A DNA stretch of 64,000 nucleotides, from the NCBI GenBank assembly GCA_963770565.1, contig CAVYQE010000002.1:160001-224000 (forward strand), read 5' to 3'. The notes beneath the pieces are model-generated. The model had not been told where the DNA came from and did no database searches. It saw only the letters and a list, made by a program, of their open reading frames with translations. Below are positions 22,237-32,212 of this stretch, piece by piece (the stretch's first letter is position 1; each line of letters starts with the position of its first letter). A program made the position numbers and the translations under genes. Source of the stretch: an uncultured Actinomycetota bacterium. Lineage in GTDB: Bacteria; Actinomycetota; Actinomycetes; JAFAQI01.

Positions 22237-23471
22237 ACTGGCTGGAGACCGCGCGCACCAGCCTCGCTGCCGTTCGCTCGCACCGACTCCGCTCGTTGCT
22301 CACGATGCTGGGGATCCTGATCGGGATCGCCGCGGTGATGCTCACGGTCGGCCTCGGCGAGGGCGCACAGAAGCAGGTCCGCGACCAGATCAACGCACTC
22401 GGCAGCAACCTGCTCGTCGTGACTCCGGGCAGCTCGACCAGCAGTTCCGGCGTACGGGGCGGATTCGGATCCGCTTCGACGTTGACGACCGCTGACGCGA
22501 CCGCACTCGACGCGAAGGCGAGCAGCCCGGACATCGCCTCGGTAGCGCCGACCACGTCGACCGAGGAGGAGCTCACGGCCGGGTCGACCAACTGGACGAC
22601 CAGCGTCGTCGGCGCCACTCCGTCATGGCTGGACGTGCGCGCCCGCTCTGTGACGTCCGGGCGGTTCCTCACCGCGAACGACGAGTCGACCGACGCTGCG
22701 GTGGTGGTGCTCGGTTCGGAGACCTCGTCGGAGCTCTTCGGCGCGCGCGATCCGGTCGGGCAGACGGTGACGATGAGCGGAATCCCGTTCCAGGTGGTCG
22801 GGCTGCTCAACTCGGTCGGATCCGGGTCCTCGTCAACCGGCGACCAGGACGACCAGGCGATCATCCCGCTGTCGACGGCCACCACGAGAGTCATCGGTGG
22901 AACATCGCGGACCTCGGTGTCGGACATCTACCTCGAGGCGAGCAGCAGTCACACGATCTCGGCCGCCTACCAAGAGGCCGACCAGGAGCTACTCGCGCTG
23001 CACGGCATCACGAATACGACCGACGCCGACTTCTCGATCGCTTCGCAGCAATCACTACTGTCCACGGCGACCAGCGTCGACAAGACACTGACCGTGCTGC
23101 TCGGCGGTATCGCTGCCATCTCGTTGCTGGTGGGTGGAATCGGTGTGATGAACATCATGCTTGTCTCGGTGACGGAGCGAACCCGCGAGATCGGCCTGCG
23201 CAAGGCGCTCGGCGCGACGCCCAAGGCGATCCGGCGGCAGTTCCTCGTCGAAGCATCGGTGCTAGGTCTGTCAGGGGGGATCCTCGGCGTGGTGTTGGGC
23301 ACGGTCGGCGCCGTCGTGCTGCCCCACTTCATCTCAGACCCGATCTCGGTGTCCACCGCCGCCGCCGGCGGCGCGATCGTGGTGGCGGTAGCAATCGGGA
23401 TCGCCTTCGGCGTCTATCCCGCGAGCCGCGCGGCGCGACTTGCACCGATCGACGCATTGCGAAGCGAGTGA
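22233..23471 (+). CDS. ABC permease (MacB/FtsX type)
   Basis: RSLLTMLGILIG, GGIGVMNIMLVSVTERTREIGLRKALGA. Confidence 0.95.
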   Translation: MNWLETARTSLAAVRSHRLRSLLTMLGILIGIAAVMLTVGLGEGAQKQVRDQINALGSNLLVVTPGSSTSSSGVRGGFGSASTLTTADATALDAKASSPDIASVAPTTSTEEELTAGSTNWTTSVVGATPSWLDVRARSVTSGRFLTANDESTDAAVVVLGSETSSELFGARDPVGQTVTMSGIPFQVVGLLNSVGSGSSSTGDQDDQAIIPLSTATTRVIGGTSRTSVSDIYLEASSSHTISAAYQEADQELLALHGITNTTDADFSIASQQSLLSTATSVDKTLTVLLGGIAAISLLVGGIGVMNIMLVSVTERTREIGLRKALGATPKAIRRQFLVEASVLGLSGGILGVVLGTVGAVVLPHFISDPISVSTAAAGGAIVVAVAIGIAFGVYPASRAARLAPIDALRSE

Positions 23472-23472
23472 C

Positions 23473-24411
23473 ATGACGGACAGGACGGATCCGATGATGG
23501 CGACCGCAACCCGCTCCCGACCCGCCGTACTGGGCGCAACGCTTGGTCTGGCCTCGCTCGCGCTGATCATGACCGCATGCGGTGGCGGGTCGAAGCCCAC
23601 CAGCAGCAGCGTAGGCACACCGGCGCCAAGGACATCGGGCGCTCCGAACCGAGCGAACATCTTCGCCGACCTCGGTACCGTTAGCGGGATGGTCGAGGCG
23701 ATCTCGGGGGCGACCGCGTCGATCAAGGAGAACGACGGCACGAACTCGTCCATCGCCTGGGCATCCCAGACGCGCTTCTCGAAGATCAGCGCCATCTCGC
23801 TGTCGGCCCTGGCGAAAGGTGACTGCGTCAGCGTGACCGGCACCCGCGGTTCGACGTCGACGAATGCACCCACGCAGACGGTCACCGCAGCCAGCGTCTC
23901 GGTCACGAGCACCAACGGATGCACGGGCGGATCAGGCTTCGGCGGCTTCCCCGGCGGTAGTGGTGGCGGCCTGCCCGGCGGGGGCAATGGCTCGCCGCCG
24001 CCGTTCAGCAACTTCGCAACGCCACGACCGAGCGGCTCGCCCGGCTTCGGCGGCGGCTTCGGGAGCGGGCGCGGCTTCGGGGGCGCGTTCGGGACGGTGA
24101 CATCGATCTCAGGGTCGACGATCGTCGTGACGTCGCCGGTCGGCAACGGTAGCCGTGTCACCGTCAAGACCACGGCCCAGACCACGTATTCGTCGACCGC
24201 GCAAGCATCGGCCAGCGATGTCACCTCAGGCATCTGTGTCAACGCCATCGGTAGCAAGACCAGCACCGGGCGAATCAACGCGCAGACGATCACCCTGTCG
24301 TCGCCAGCCAACGGGAAATGCGCGACCCCAGCGTTTGGCCCTGGGGGCCGCGGGTTCGGTTTCGGCGCACGGCCGTCGCCGAACAGTTCGCCCGGGGTGG
24401 CGAATGCCTGA
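23473..24411 (+). CDS. Putative lipoprotein with two OB-fold/DUF5666-like repeats
   Basis: Lipobox-like MTAC; repeated G.V..ISG.T...G.CV...G...A..(I/V) units, Gly-rich linkers. Confidence 0.7.
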   Translation: MTDRTDPMMATATRSRPAVLGATLGLASLALIMTACGGGSKPTSSSVGTPAPRTSGAPNRANIFADLGTVSGMVEAISGATASIKENDGTNSSIAWASQTRFSKISAISLSALAKGDCVSVTGTRGSTSTNAPTQTVTAASVSVTSTNGCTGGSGFGGFPGGSGGGLPGGGNGSPPPFSNFATPRPSGSPGFGGGFGSGRGFGGAFGTVTSISGSTIVVTSPVGNGSRVTVKTTAQTTYSSTAQASASDVTSGICVNAIGSKTSTGRINAQTITLSSPANGKCATPAFGPGGRGFGFGARPSPNSSPGVANA

Positions 24412-26113
24412 ACCCCGAGTCAGAGGCGCGCGCCGGCTTGTGGTGGTCGGCGTCGTGGTTGTCGTCGCCGCAGGGGCGGCCTCCTCGGCGTGGGCGCTGA
24501 CCCGGCCGACTGGGCCGTCGTACCGGACCGCGACCGTCACCCACGGCACGGTTGACCAGACGCTGACCACGACCGGCGAGCTCAGTCCCATGCGGTACGC
24601 CAACGACGACTTCCAGGTGTCCGGCAAGGTCGCAAAGGTCGACGTGAAGGTCGGGGACCACGTCGCGGCCGGAGCCACCGTTGCACTCCTGCACCGCGCG
24701 ACCTTGCAGGCCGCCCTCCGCACGGCAAAGGCGGGACTGAGCAGCGCCCGCGAACGGCTGCAGCAGGACGAGTCCGGCGAAGCGTCAGCCGCCGCCGCGT
24801 CAACCACCTCAACCGTGACCGCCGCCGCGTCGGACGTCAGCTACCGCGCAGCAACCGTGACGGTGAGCCCGCAGCCTCAGCCGTCCGGGTCACCCGGCGG
24901 CTCCGGCGGCAGCCCGACCGGGCCAGGAGCCGGCGGTGGGCATGGAGTGGTGACCGCAGCAACGTTGCGTTCGGACCAACGGGCAGTCGTACGCGCACAG
25001 CGCGCCGTCGACCGCGACCTTGCGAACGCGAAGATCGCGCTCAAGACCGAGAGCACCGCCTGTGCCAGCGAAACCGGATCCTCGCCCGGCACCGCCGGCG
25101 GCGCCACCTCCTCAACCTCCGTCACACTCTCGTGCACCGCTGCCGCCCAGGCGCTCCTGCACGACCAGCAGGTCGTCAGCGCTGACGAGACCTCCGTCAA
25201 CCAGGCCGAGCAAGTGCTCAGCGCGGACCTGTCGACTGCCGAGAAGTCGTTGAAAACCCAGGGAAACTCTGGCTCGACAACCACCGGTAGTGGCAATGGC
25301 GGGCGGTCAACGTTGGGCGGCGGCTCCACGACGACCGTGACGGCGGCCGAGCTCGCTTCCGACCAAGCGAACATCGACACCGAGCGTGCCCAGGTCGCGA
25401 CCGCCAGGTCCGACCTCGGCCAAGCAACGTTGCATGCGACGATCAGCGGAACAGTTGCGGCCGTGACCATCGGCAAGGGCGACAGCGTGTCCGGCAGTTC
25501 CAGCGCGACCAGCCCTGCCTTCGAGATCATCGGCTCACACCAGGACAAGGCGACGATCTACGTCAGCGACACCCAGGTGCGCCGGATGAAGGTCGGCCAG
25601 ACCGCGCGAATCATTCCCGACGGCACGAGCCGTTCCGTGAGTGGCCGGGTCGTTGCCATCGGCGGGTCCGGAACTGAGTCGGACTCCGGTTCGATCAGCT
25701 ATCCGGTAACGGTCGACGTCGCCGACCCGTCGGACACGATCGTCGCCGGCGCCGACGCGGCGGTGTCGATCACGCTCGCAACCGCGTCGAACGTGCTGGC
25801 CGTCCCGACCTCGGCCGTGCACTACCAGGGTGCAACGGCGTACGTCGATCTGCTCCGCAACGGAAAGTCGATCCGGCACACCGTCACCGTCGGTGCAGTC
25901 GGTCCAGCGCTGACCGAAGTCACGTCGGGCCTGTCCGAGGGACAGCGGGTCATCCTGGCCGACCTCAACGCTTCGGTGCCGAGCAGCAGCTCCACGCTCA
26001 CCGGTCGCTTCGGCGGCGGCGGGTTCGGGCCGGGCGGCGGGTTCGTTGTCACTCGGCTCGGCTCCGGCGGCACCAAGGGCGGCTTCACCCAGAACGTCGC
26101 GCCCGCACCCTGA
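24404..26113 (+). CDS. Second membrane fusion/adaptor protein with long helical insert
   Basis: N-terminal TM, VSGKVAKVDVKVGD, LHATISGTVAAV, LAVPTSAV, GLSEGQRV. Confidence 0.85.
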   Translation: MPEPRVRGARRLVVVGVVVVVAAGAASSAWALTRPTGPSYRTATVTHGTVDQTLTTTGELSPMRYANDDFQVSGKVAKVDVKVGDHVAAGATVALLHRATLQAALRTAKAGLSSARERLQQDESGEASAAAASTTSTVTAAASDVSYRAATVTVSPQPQPSGSPGGSGGSPTGPGAGGGHGVVTAATLRSDQRAVVRAQRAVDRDLANAKIALKTESTACASETGSSPGTAGGATSSTSVTLSCTAAAQALLHDQQVVSADETSVNQAEQVLSADLSTAEKSLKTQGNSGSTTTGSGNGGRSTLGGGSTTTVTAAELASDQANIDTERAQVATARSDLGQATLHATISGTVAAVTIGKGDSVSGSSSATSPAFEIIGSHQDKATIYVSDTQVRRMKVGQTARIIPDGTSRSVSGRVVAIGGSGTESDSGSISYPVTVDVADPSDTIVAGADAAVSITLATASNVLAVPTSAVHYQGATAYVDLLRNGKSIRHTVTVGAVGPALTEVTSGLSEGQRVILADLNASVPSSSSTLTGRFGGGGFGPGGGFVVTRLGSGGTKGGFTQNVAPAP

Positions 26114-26130
26114 CCGCGCCGTGAAAACCT

Positions 26131-26169
26131 TCGTAGGCCCCTGACAGCCAGGACGCAGCCCGTTCCCAT
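26131..26169 (+). promoter_or_regulatory. Degenerate OmpR-family 11-bp-period repeats
   Basis: TCGTAG 26131, TGACAG 26142, ACGCAG 26153, TCCCAT 26164. Confidence 0.4.
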
Positions 26170-26222
26170 CGATCACCACCACCGTTGAGTCATCGCCGCT
26201 GACGCGGCGATGACGACGAGGA

Positions 26223-27392
26223 GTGGTGATGACCGCGCTGGAGCTGCAACGACCGAGCGGCTGGTCGGCGCGGACCGCGACGACCACGCCGGTGCTCGAC
26301 GTCGTGGTGCCGGTGCACAACGAGCAGGCCGCACTCGAGCGCAGCATCCGCCGGCTGCACGCGTACCTCATCGACTCCTTCCCGCTCGACTGGCGGATCA
26401 CGATCGCCGACAGCGGAAGCACCGATTCGACCTGGGCGATCGCTGGCGAGCTCGCCGCGGACCTTCCGGGAATCCGGCTGGTGCAACTGGTGCCGAAAGG
26501 CCGCGGCCGGGCGCTTCGCACCGCGTGGCAGACCAGCGATGCCGCCGTACTCGCGTATATGGACGTCGACCTGTCCACCGACCTGGCCGCGCTCCTGCCC
26601 CTGGTCGCGCCGCTGGTGTCCGGTCACAGCGATGTCGCGATCGGCACCCGGCTCGCCCGCAGCGCACGAGTCATCCGGGGACCGAAGCGCGAGCTGATCT
26701 CCCGGTGCTACAACGCGATCCTGCGGACCGCGCTGGGCGCCGGCTTCAGCGACGCGCAATGCGGTTTCAAGGCGATCCGCAGCGATCGGGCCGCGGTCAT
26801 CCTGCCGGAGGTGAAGGACCAGGGGTGGTTCTTCGACACCGAGTTGCTCGTGCTGTCCGAGCGCGCCGGCCTGCGGATCCACGAGGTGCCGGTCGACTGG
26901 GTCGACGACCCGCACTCGACCGTCGACATCGTCTCGACCGCGCGGGCGGACCTGCGCGGAGTCGCGCGGCTGATGCGCGGCGGGCGGCTGACCCGCCAGG
27001 TCGGCCAGTTCGGGGCGATCGGCGTGCTCAGCACGATCGCCTACCTCGGGCTGTACGCCGTACTCCGGGCGCACATCGGTGCGTTCAGCGCGAATGCAAT
27101 CGCCCTGGGCGTGACCGCGGTGGCGAACACCGCGGCCAACCGGCGGATCACGTTCGGCCTGACCCATCGAGCAGGAATGCTGCGGCACCAGGTGCAGGGC
27201 CTCGGCGTCTTCGGGCTGGCCCTCGCGCTCACCTCGGCGTCCCTTGCCGCGCTGCATCTGGTGGATCCGCACCCGGCCAGATGGGCGGAGCTGACCGCCC
27301 TGGTGATCGCCAACCTCGCCGCGACCGCGCTGCGCTTCGTCCTGCTCAAGCGCTGGGTCTTCCGCACCGCGGTCGCGCACGCGGAGAATTGA
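26223..27392 (+). CDS. GT2 polyprenyl-phosphate glycosyltransferase fused to GtrA flippase-like domain
   Basis: VVVPVHNE, YMDVDLSTDL, SDAQCGFKA, WFFDTELL; hydrophobic C-terminus with NTAANRRITF. Confidence 0.92.
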   Translation: MVMTALELQRPSGWSARTATTTPVLDVVVPVHNEQAALERSIRRLHAYLIDSFPLDWRITIADSGSTDSTWAIAGELAADLPGIRLVQLVPKGRGRALRTAWQTSDAAVLAYMDVDLSTDLAALLPLVAPLVSGHSDVAIGTRLARSARVIRGPKRELISRCYNAILRTALGAGFSDAQCGFKAIRSDRAAVILPEVKDQGWFFDTELLVLSERAGLRIHEVPVDWVDDPHSTVDIVSTARADLRGVARLMRGGRLTRQVGQFGAIGVLSTIAYLGLYAVLRAHIGAFSANAIALGVTAVANTAANRRITFGLTHRAGMLRHQVQGLGVFGLALALTSASLAALHLVDPHPARWAELTALVIANLAATALRFVLLKRWVFRTAVAHAEN

Positions 27393-27402
27393 TGCGCTCG
27401 GC

Positions 27403-27419
27403 TCACAGGATTCTCACAG
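27403..27419 (+). promoter_or_regulatory. PhoP-box-like direct repeat
   Basis: TCACAG-N5-TCACAG upstream of the response regulator. Confidence 0.7.
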
Positions 27420-27494
27420 TCAACGGCCAGAATGGCTTCAGTGCCACTGGCGAGGATGGAGGCACCAGCAGTTCCGGCGACGGATGAGGACACC

Positions 27495-28229
27495 ATGAGT
27501 ACGGAGACATCCGCAGCGACCGCACCGACCGCGACCAAGGAAGCGCGGCTCCTCGTGGTCGACGACGAGCCGAACATCCTCGAGCTGCTCTCGGCCAGCC
27601 TGCGGTTCGCCGGCTTCGATGTCGCGACCGCCACGAACGGCAACGATGCCCTGCGGGTCGCGGCCACCTACCGGCCGGACCTGGTCGTGCTCGACGTGAT
27701 GATGCCCGGCCTCGACGGCTTCGAGGTCGTCCGCCGACTCCGCAAGGACGAGCACCGGGTCCCGGTCCTGTTCCTTACGGCGAAGGACGCGACCGACGAC
27801 AAGGTGGCCGGACTAACCCTCGGCGGCGATGACTACATCACCAAGCCGTTCAGCCTCGAGGAGGTCATCGCCCGGATCCGTGCGGTCCTGCGCCGGCTCA
27901 CCAACAGTGCACCCACCACGCCCGGCGCGACCTTGGCGTTCGGCGACATCGAGCTCAATGACGACACCCACGAGGTCTTCAAGGCCGGCCAGCCGGTCAC
28001 CCTGTCGCCGACCGAGTTCAAGCTGCTGCGCTACTTCCTGCAGAACCCGACCCGCGTGCTGAGCAAGGCGCAGATCCTCGACCACGTGTGGAATTACGAC
28101 TTCGGTGGCGACGCGAACGTCGTCGAGTCCTATGTCTCCTATCTGCGCCGCAAGATCGATACGACCGAACCCCGGCTGCTGCACACGATCCGAAGCGTCG
28201 GCTACGTCCTGCGCCAGCCGCGCGAGTAA
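27495..28229 (+). CDS. OmpR-family response regulator (mycobacterial PhoP-like)
   Basis: LVVDDEP, LDVMMP, DDYITKPFSLEE, WNYDFGGDANVVESYVSYLRRK. Confidence 0.95.
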   Translation: MSTETSAATAPTATKEARLLVVDDEPNILELLSASLRFAGFDVATATNGNDALRVAATYRPDLVVLDVMMPGLDGFEVVRRLRKDEHRVPVLFLTAKDATDDKVAGLTLGGDDYITKPFSLEEVIARIRAVLRRLTNSAPTTPGATLAFGDIELNDDTHEVFKAGQPVTLSPTEFKLLRYFLQNPTRVLSKAQILDHVWNYDFGGDANVVESYVSYLRRKIDTTEPRLLHTIRSVGYVLRQPRE

Positions 28230-28231
28230 CC

Positions 28232-29785
28232 ATGCCGAACCCGTTGCATTGGCTCAGCGAGGTGGCGGCCCGGATGCCGCTGCGGATCAAGCTCGTCGCA
28301 ACGGTCCTCGTGCTGGCCGCGATCGGTCTCAGCCTCGCCGCGGTGGCCGCGACCACGTCGCTGCACTCTTACCTGCTCAACCGGGTCGACGACCAGCTCA
28401 AGAGCGCCAGCGGACCGATCATTAACGGTTACGACGTCCGCGACGGCTTCGGCGGCGGCTTCAACGGCGGCGGGCGCGGGCCCCGGCTGCCGAGCGAGTT
28501 CTACGTCGTACCGCTGTCCCCCGACGGCACGCCGGACGGAAGCCCGCAGGACGCGCCACTGTCGGCGCAGTCGCCACCGAAGTTGCCGATCCTCACCTAC
28601 GGCGACATCGCCGCGCTCAACGGCCAGCCATTCACGGTCTCCTCACGCGACGGGAAGATGCAGTGGCGAGCCGTGGCAAACGTGATCCCCGGCACCACGG
28701 ATGGCGTGGTGGTCGCTACCTCGCTCAGCGACCTCGACCACACCGTCAACCACCTCATCCTGATCGAGGCGCTGATCGGTGGGATCGCGCTGATCTTCAT
28801 GGGCGGCGGCGGCTACCTGCTCATCAAGCGCTCGCTCCGGCCGCTGGCGCAGGTCGAGACCACTGCCGCGGCGATCGCCGCCGGCGACCTCTCGCAGCGG
28901 GTGCCGCCGGGTCATCCCCGCACCGAGGTCGGCCGGCTCTCCGGCGCGCTCAACGTCATGCTGACGCAGATCGAAGGCGCGTTCGCGAAGGAGCGCGAGT
29001 CGAGGCGGCAGGCCCGCGCGTCGGAGGACCGGATGCGACAGTTCGTGGCCGACGCGAGCCATGAGCTCCGAACCCCACTGACATCGATCCGGGGTTTCGC
29101 CGAACTGCACCGGATGGGTGCGGCGAGCGACGACGCCGAGGTACGCCGGATGATGCAGCGGGTCGAAGACGAGGCCTCGCGGATGGGCCTGCTGGTCGAA
29201 GACCTGCTCCTGCTTGCGCGACTCGACCAGCAGCGTCCGCTCGAGCACGTCCGCGTCGACCTGCTCGAGATCGCCAGCGACGTCGTTCACGACGCCCGGG
29301 TGGTCGCGCCGTCCCGGTCCATCGACCTGCAGGTCCACGCGACCGCGCCGCCGGTGGTGCTCGGCGACGAACCGCGGTTGCGGCAAGTCATGCACAACCT
29401 GGTGACCAACGCGATCACGCACACCCCGGACGGCACGCCGGTGACGGTGATCGTGTCGACCGACAACGGCTCCGAGCCCAAGGCGGTCATCGAGGTCGCC
29501 GACGCCGGACCGGGGCTGAGCGACGAGCAGATGCAGCGGGTATTCGAGCGGTTTTACCGCGCCGACACCTCGCGCAGCCGCGATGGCGGTGGCACCGGCC
29601 TCGGGCTCTCGATCGTCGCGGGGATCGTCGCCGCGCACGGCGGACGGGTGAGCGTCGAGTCCGCCGACGGAGACGGCGCGATCTTCCGGGTCGAGCTTCC
29701 GCTGGCGGCAGACCTGTCCGAGGATCAGCGCCCGGCCGTGGCGACCGCGACGCCTGCGGTAGCGACGGACCAGCCGACAACCTGA
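28232..29785 (+). CDS. Sensor histidine kinase (PhoR-like, HAMP)
   Basis: Two TMs, DASHELRTPL, NLVTNA, GGTGLGL. Confidence 0.95.
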   Translation: MPNPLHWLSEVAARMPLRIKLVATVLVLAAIGLSLAAVAATTSLHSYLLNRVDDQLKSASGPIINGYDVRDGFGGGFNGGGRGPRLPSEFYVVPLSPDGTPDGSPQDAPLSAQSPPKLPILTYGDIAALNGQPFTVSSRDGKMQWRAVANVIPGTTDGVVVATSLSDLDHTVNHLILIEALIGGIALIFMGGGGYLLIKRSLRPLAQVETTAAAIAAGDLSQRVPPGHPRTEVGRLSGALNVMLTQIEGAFAKERESRRQARASEDRMRQFVADASHELRTPLTSIRGFAELHRMGAASDDAEVRRMMQRVEDEASRMGLLVEDLLLLARLDQQRPLEHVRVDLLEIASDVVHDARVVAPSRSIDLQVHATAPPVVLGDEPRLRQVMHNLVTNAITHTPDGTPVTVIVSTDNGSEPKAVIEVADAGPGLSDEQMQRVFERFYRADTSRSRDGGGTGLGLSIVAGIVAAHGGRVSVESADGDGAIFRVELPLAADLSEDQRPAVATATPAVATDQPTT

Positions 29786-29798
29786 CATCCTCGGCAGC

Positions 29799-30971
29799 GT
29801 GGAACAGCCGGCTGCCTCGACGATCGCGGCGACCGCTCGCCGGATCGAGCGGGCGTCGGGTCAGCTGTCGACCCGCGCGCAAGGGCTGATGGAAGAAACC
29901 CTGCCGTGGTTCTCCGCGATGCAGGCCCAGCCGCGGTCCCTCGTCGGGCTGATCGTGCAGGCCGGCATCCGAGGGTTCGCAGACTGGCTTCGCTCGCCCG
30001 GTGCCGGCTCCCGGATCACCGCCGACGTGTTCGCGGTCGCCCCGAGCGACCTCACCAGCGTGGTCACCCTCGAACAGACGGTCGAGCTGGTGCGGATCGC
30101 GGTCGAGGTGACCGAGGCCGCGGTCGACGAACTGGTCGCGCCGGCGCAACAGACCTGGTTGCGCGAGGCGACCCTGCGCTACTCCCGCGAGATCGCCTTC
30201 GCCGCTGCGTTGGTCTACGCCCGCGCGGCCGAGCAGCGCGGTGCGTGGGACGCCCGGTTGGAGTCGCTCGTGGTCGACGCCGTCGTACGCGGCGATGTCA
30301 GTGACTCGCTGTTGTCGCGCGCGTCCGCGCTCGGCTGGACCCAACCCGAACAGGTGATCGTGGTCGCCGGACGGGCGCCCGACGGCGACCCCGAGCGGGT
30401 CCTGTCGCACGCCCGGCACCTCGGCCGCGCCGGTGGCGCCGACATCCTCGCCGGCGTGCAGACCGCGCGGCTGGTCGTGATCGTCGGCACCACCGGCCGA
30501 CTGTCCCGCCTGACTAAGGCCCTGCTCCCCGCCTTCGCCGAGGGTCCGGTGGTGACCGGGCCGGTGGTCGGCGGGCTGGTCGACGCGGCGATGACGGTGC
30601 AGGACGTGTTCAGCGCGCTGCGGGCGGCCGCCGCCTGGCCGGCCGCGCCACGCCCGGTGAACAGCGACGAGCTGATGGCAGAGCGCGCGATCTCCGGCGA
30701 CGTTCGCGCCGCTCGTGCCCTGGTGACCGATATCTACCGCCAGCTCGAGACCGACCCGGTGCTGCTCGCCACGGCGGACGCGTTCGTCCGCTCCGGCGGC
30801 GCGATCGAGTCCTCGGCCCGGGAGCTGTTCGTCCACGCAAACACGGTTCGCTACCGTTTGCGACGGATCGCCGAACTGTGCGGGCGCGACCTGACCGATG
30901 GTCGGGACCGCTACGTCATCCAAGTGGCAATGACGCTTGGCAGACTGGAAGTCAGTGGGCCTGGTTTGTAG
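29799..30971 (+). CDS. PucR-family fatty acid synthesis regulator (FasR/MabR-like)
   Basis: YSREIAFAAA..YARAAE.RGAWDARLE; LFVHANTVRYRL; directly upstream of fabD. Confidence 0.92.
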   Translation: MEQPAASTIAATARRIERASGQLSTRAQGLMEETLPWFSAMQAQPRSLVGLIVQAGIRGFADWLRSPGAGSRITADVFAVAPSDLTSVVTLEQTVELVRIAVEVTEAAVDELVAPAQQTWLREATLRYSREIAFAAALVYARAAEQRGAWDARLESLVVDAVVRGDVSDSLLSRASALGWTQPEQVIVVAGRAPDGDPERVLSHARHLGRAGGADILAGVQTARLVVIVGTTGRLSRLTKALLPAFAEGPVVTGPVVGGLVDAAMTVQDVFSALRAAAAWPAAPRPVNSDELMAERAISGDVRAARALVTDIYRQLETDPVLLATADAFVRSGGAIESSARELFVHANTVRYRLRRIAELCGRDLTDGRDRYVIQVAMTLGRLEVSGPGL

Positions 30972-30983
30972 GATACCTACAAA
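30965..30983. promoter_or_regulatory. Putative FasR/MabR operator
   Basis: TTTGTAGG-ATA-CCTACAAA palindrome upstream of fabD. Confidence 0.7.
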
Positions 30984-31042
30984 GGATCACCCCGAAAGAC
31001 TGTACGTGCCTGACCTGACTTAGGCACCCGAAACAAGCGAGG

Positions 31043-32212
31043 GTGGTGGGTGTGCTCGCCATCCTTGCGCCCGGACAAGGCGCCCAGCGAGAGGGCTTCC
31101 TCTCACCGTGGCTGTCGCTGACCGGAGTCTCCGAGCAGCTGGCTGAGCTCAGCGACGCCGCCGGCATCGACTTGATCGCCGCAGGCACCACGAGGTCCGA
31201 CGCAGAGATCACCGACACCGCGATCGCGCAGCCGTTGATCGTGGCGGCCAGCCTGATGAGCGCCGGTCAGCTGCAGAATCTCCCCCGCGCGACGGTCTTC
31301 GCCGGCCACAGCGTCGGCGAGTTCGCAGCGAGCGCGCTCGCCGGAATCCTCTCCCCGCGGGATGCGGTCTCGCTGGTCGCCACCCGCGGGAGTGCGATGG
31401 CGCTGGCGTCCGCTGCACCGCTCGGCGGGATGACGGCGATCCTCGGCGGCGACGCCGACGAGGTGACGGCAGCGATCGACGCCGCCGGTGCGTACGTCGC
31501 CAACCACAACGCCAAGGGCCAGGTGGTCGCGGCGGGCACGGCAGAGTCGCTGGAGCGGCTGGCCGCGGCACCGCCGGCGGGCGCCCGGCTGCGGCCGCTC
31601 GCCGTCGCCGGCGCGTTCCACACCGACCTGATGGCACCGGCCCGGGCAGCGATCGCCGCGGCGGCCCGGAACGTCACCGCCAACGACCCGGTCGCCGGTG
31701 TGATCTCCAACGCCGACGGCGCGGTCGTCAACTCCGGCATGGAGATGCTCCAACGGCTCGTTGCGCAGGTGTGCGCGCCGGTCCGGTGGGACCTCTGCAT
31801 GCGGACCCTCGGTTCGATCGGTGTGACCGCGACGATCGAACTCGCCCCGGCCGGCACGCTCACCGCCTTGATCCGCCGCGAGCTACCCGACGTCACGGCG
31901 CTCGCCCTCCGTACGCCGGAGGACCTCGAGGCGGCGGCCGCGCTTATCGACGAGCACGGCGCCGAGCTCACCGACATCGGCCTGCCGTGGCAGCTGCTGG
32001 TCGCGCCCGCGCGCGGCACGGTCAGCCTGGTCGACGCGACCGACCGCCCGCTGGCCGCGGGCGACGTCGTGGTTCGCGTGACCACGCACACCGAAGACCT
32101 CGAGGTCCGCGCGGAGCGCGCCGGTCACCTCGTCGAGTGGCTGGTCCAGGACGGCGACCCGGTCAACGCCGGACAGCCGCTGGCCCGAGTGAGCGCGGAG
32201 GTGTTCGCATGA
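31043..32212 (+). CDS. fabD: Malonyl-CoA:ACP transacylase with C-terminal biotinyl/lipoyl-like domain
   Basis: APGQGAQ, GHSVGE, VAGAFHT, PVRWD; extension ..EWLVQDGDPVNAGQPLARV. Confidence 0.92.
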   Translation: MVGVLAILAPGQGAQREGFLSPWLSLTGVSEQLAELSDAAGIDLIAAGTTRSDAEITDTAIAQPLIVAASLMSAGQLQNLPRATVFAGHSVGEFAASALAGILSPRDAVSLVATRGSAMALASAAPLGGMTAILGGDADEVTAAIDAAGAYVANHNAKGQVVAAGTAESLERLAAAPPAGARLRPLAVAGAFHTDLMAPARAAIAAAARNVTANDPVAGVISNADGAVVNSGMEMLQRLVAQVCAPVRWDLCMRTLGSIGVTATIELAPAGTLTALIRRELPDVTALALRTPEDLEAAAALIDEHGAELTDIGLPWQLLVAPARGTVSLVDATDRPLAAGDVVVRVTTHTEDLEVRAERAGHLVEWLVQDGDPVNAGQPLARVSAEVFA

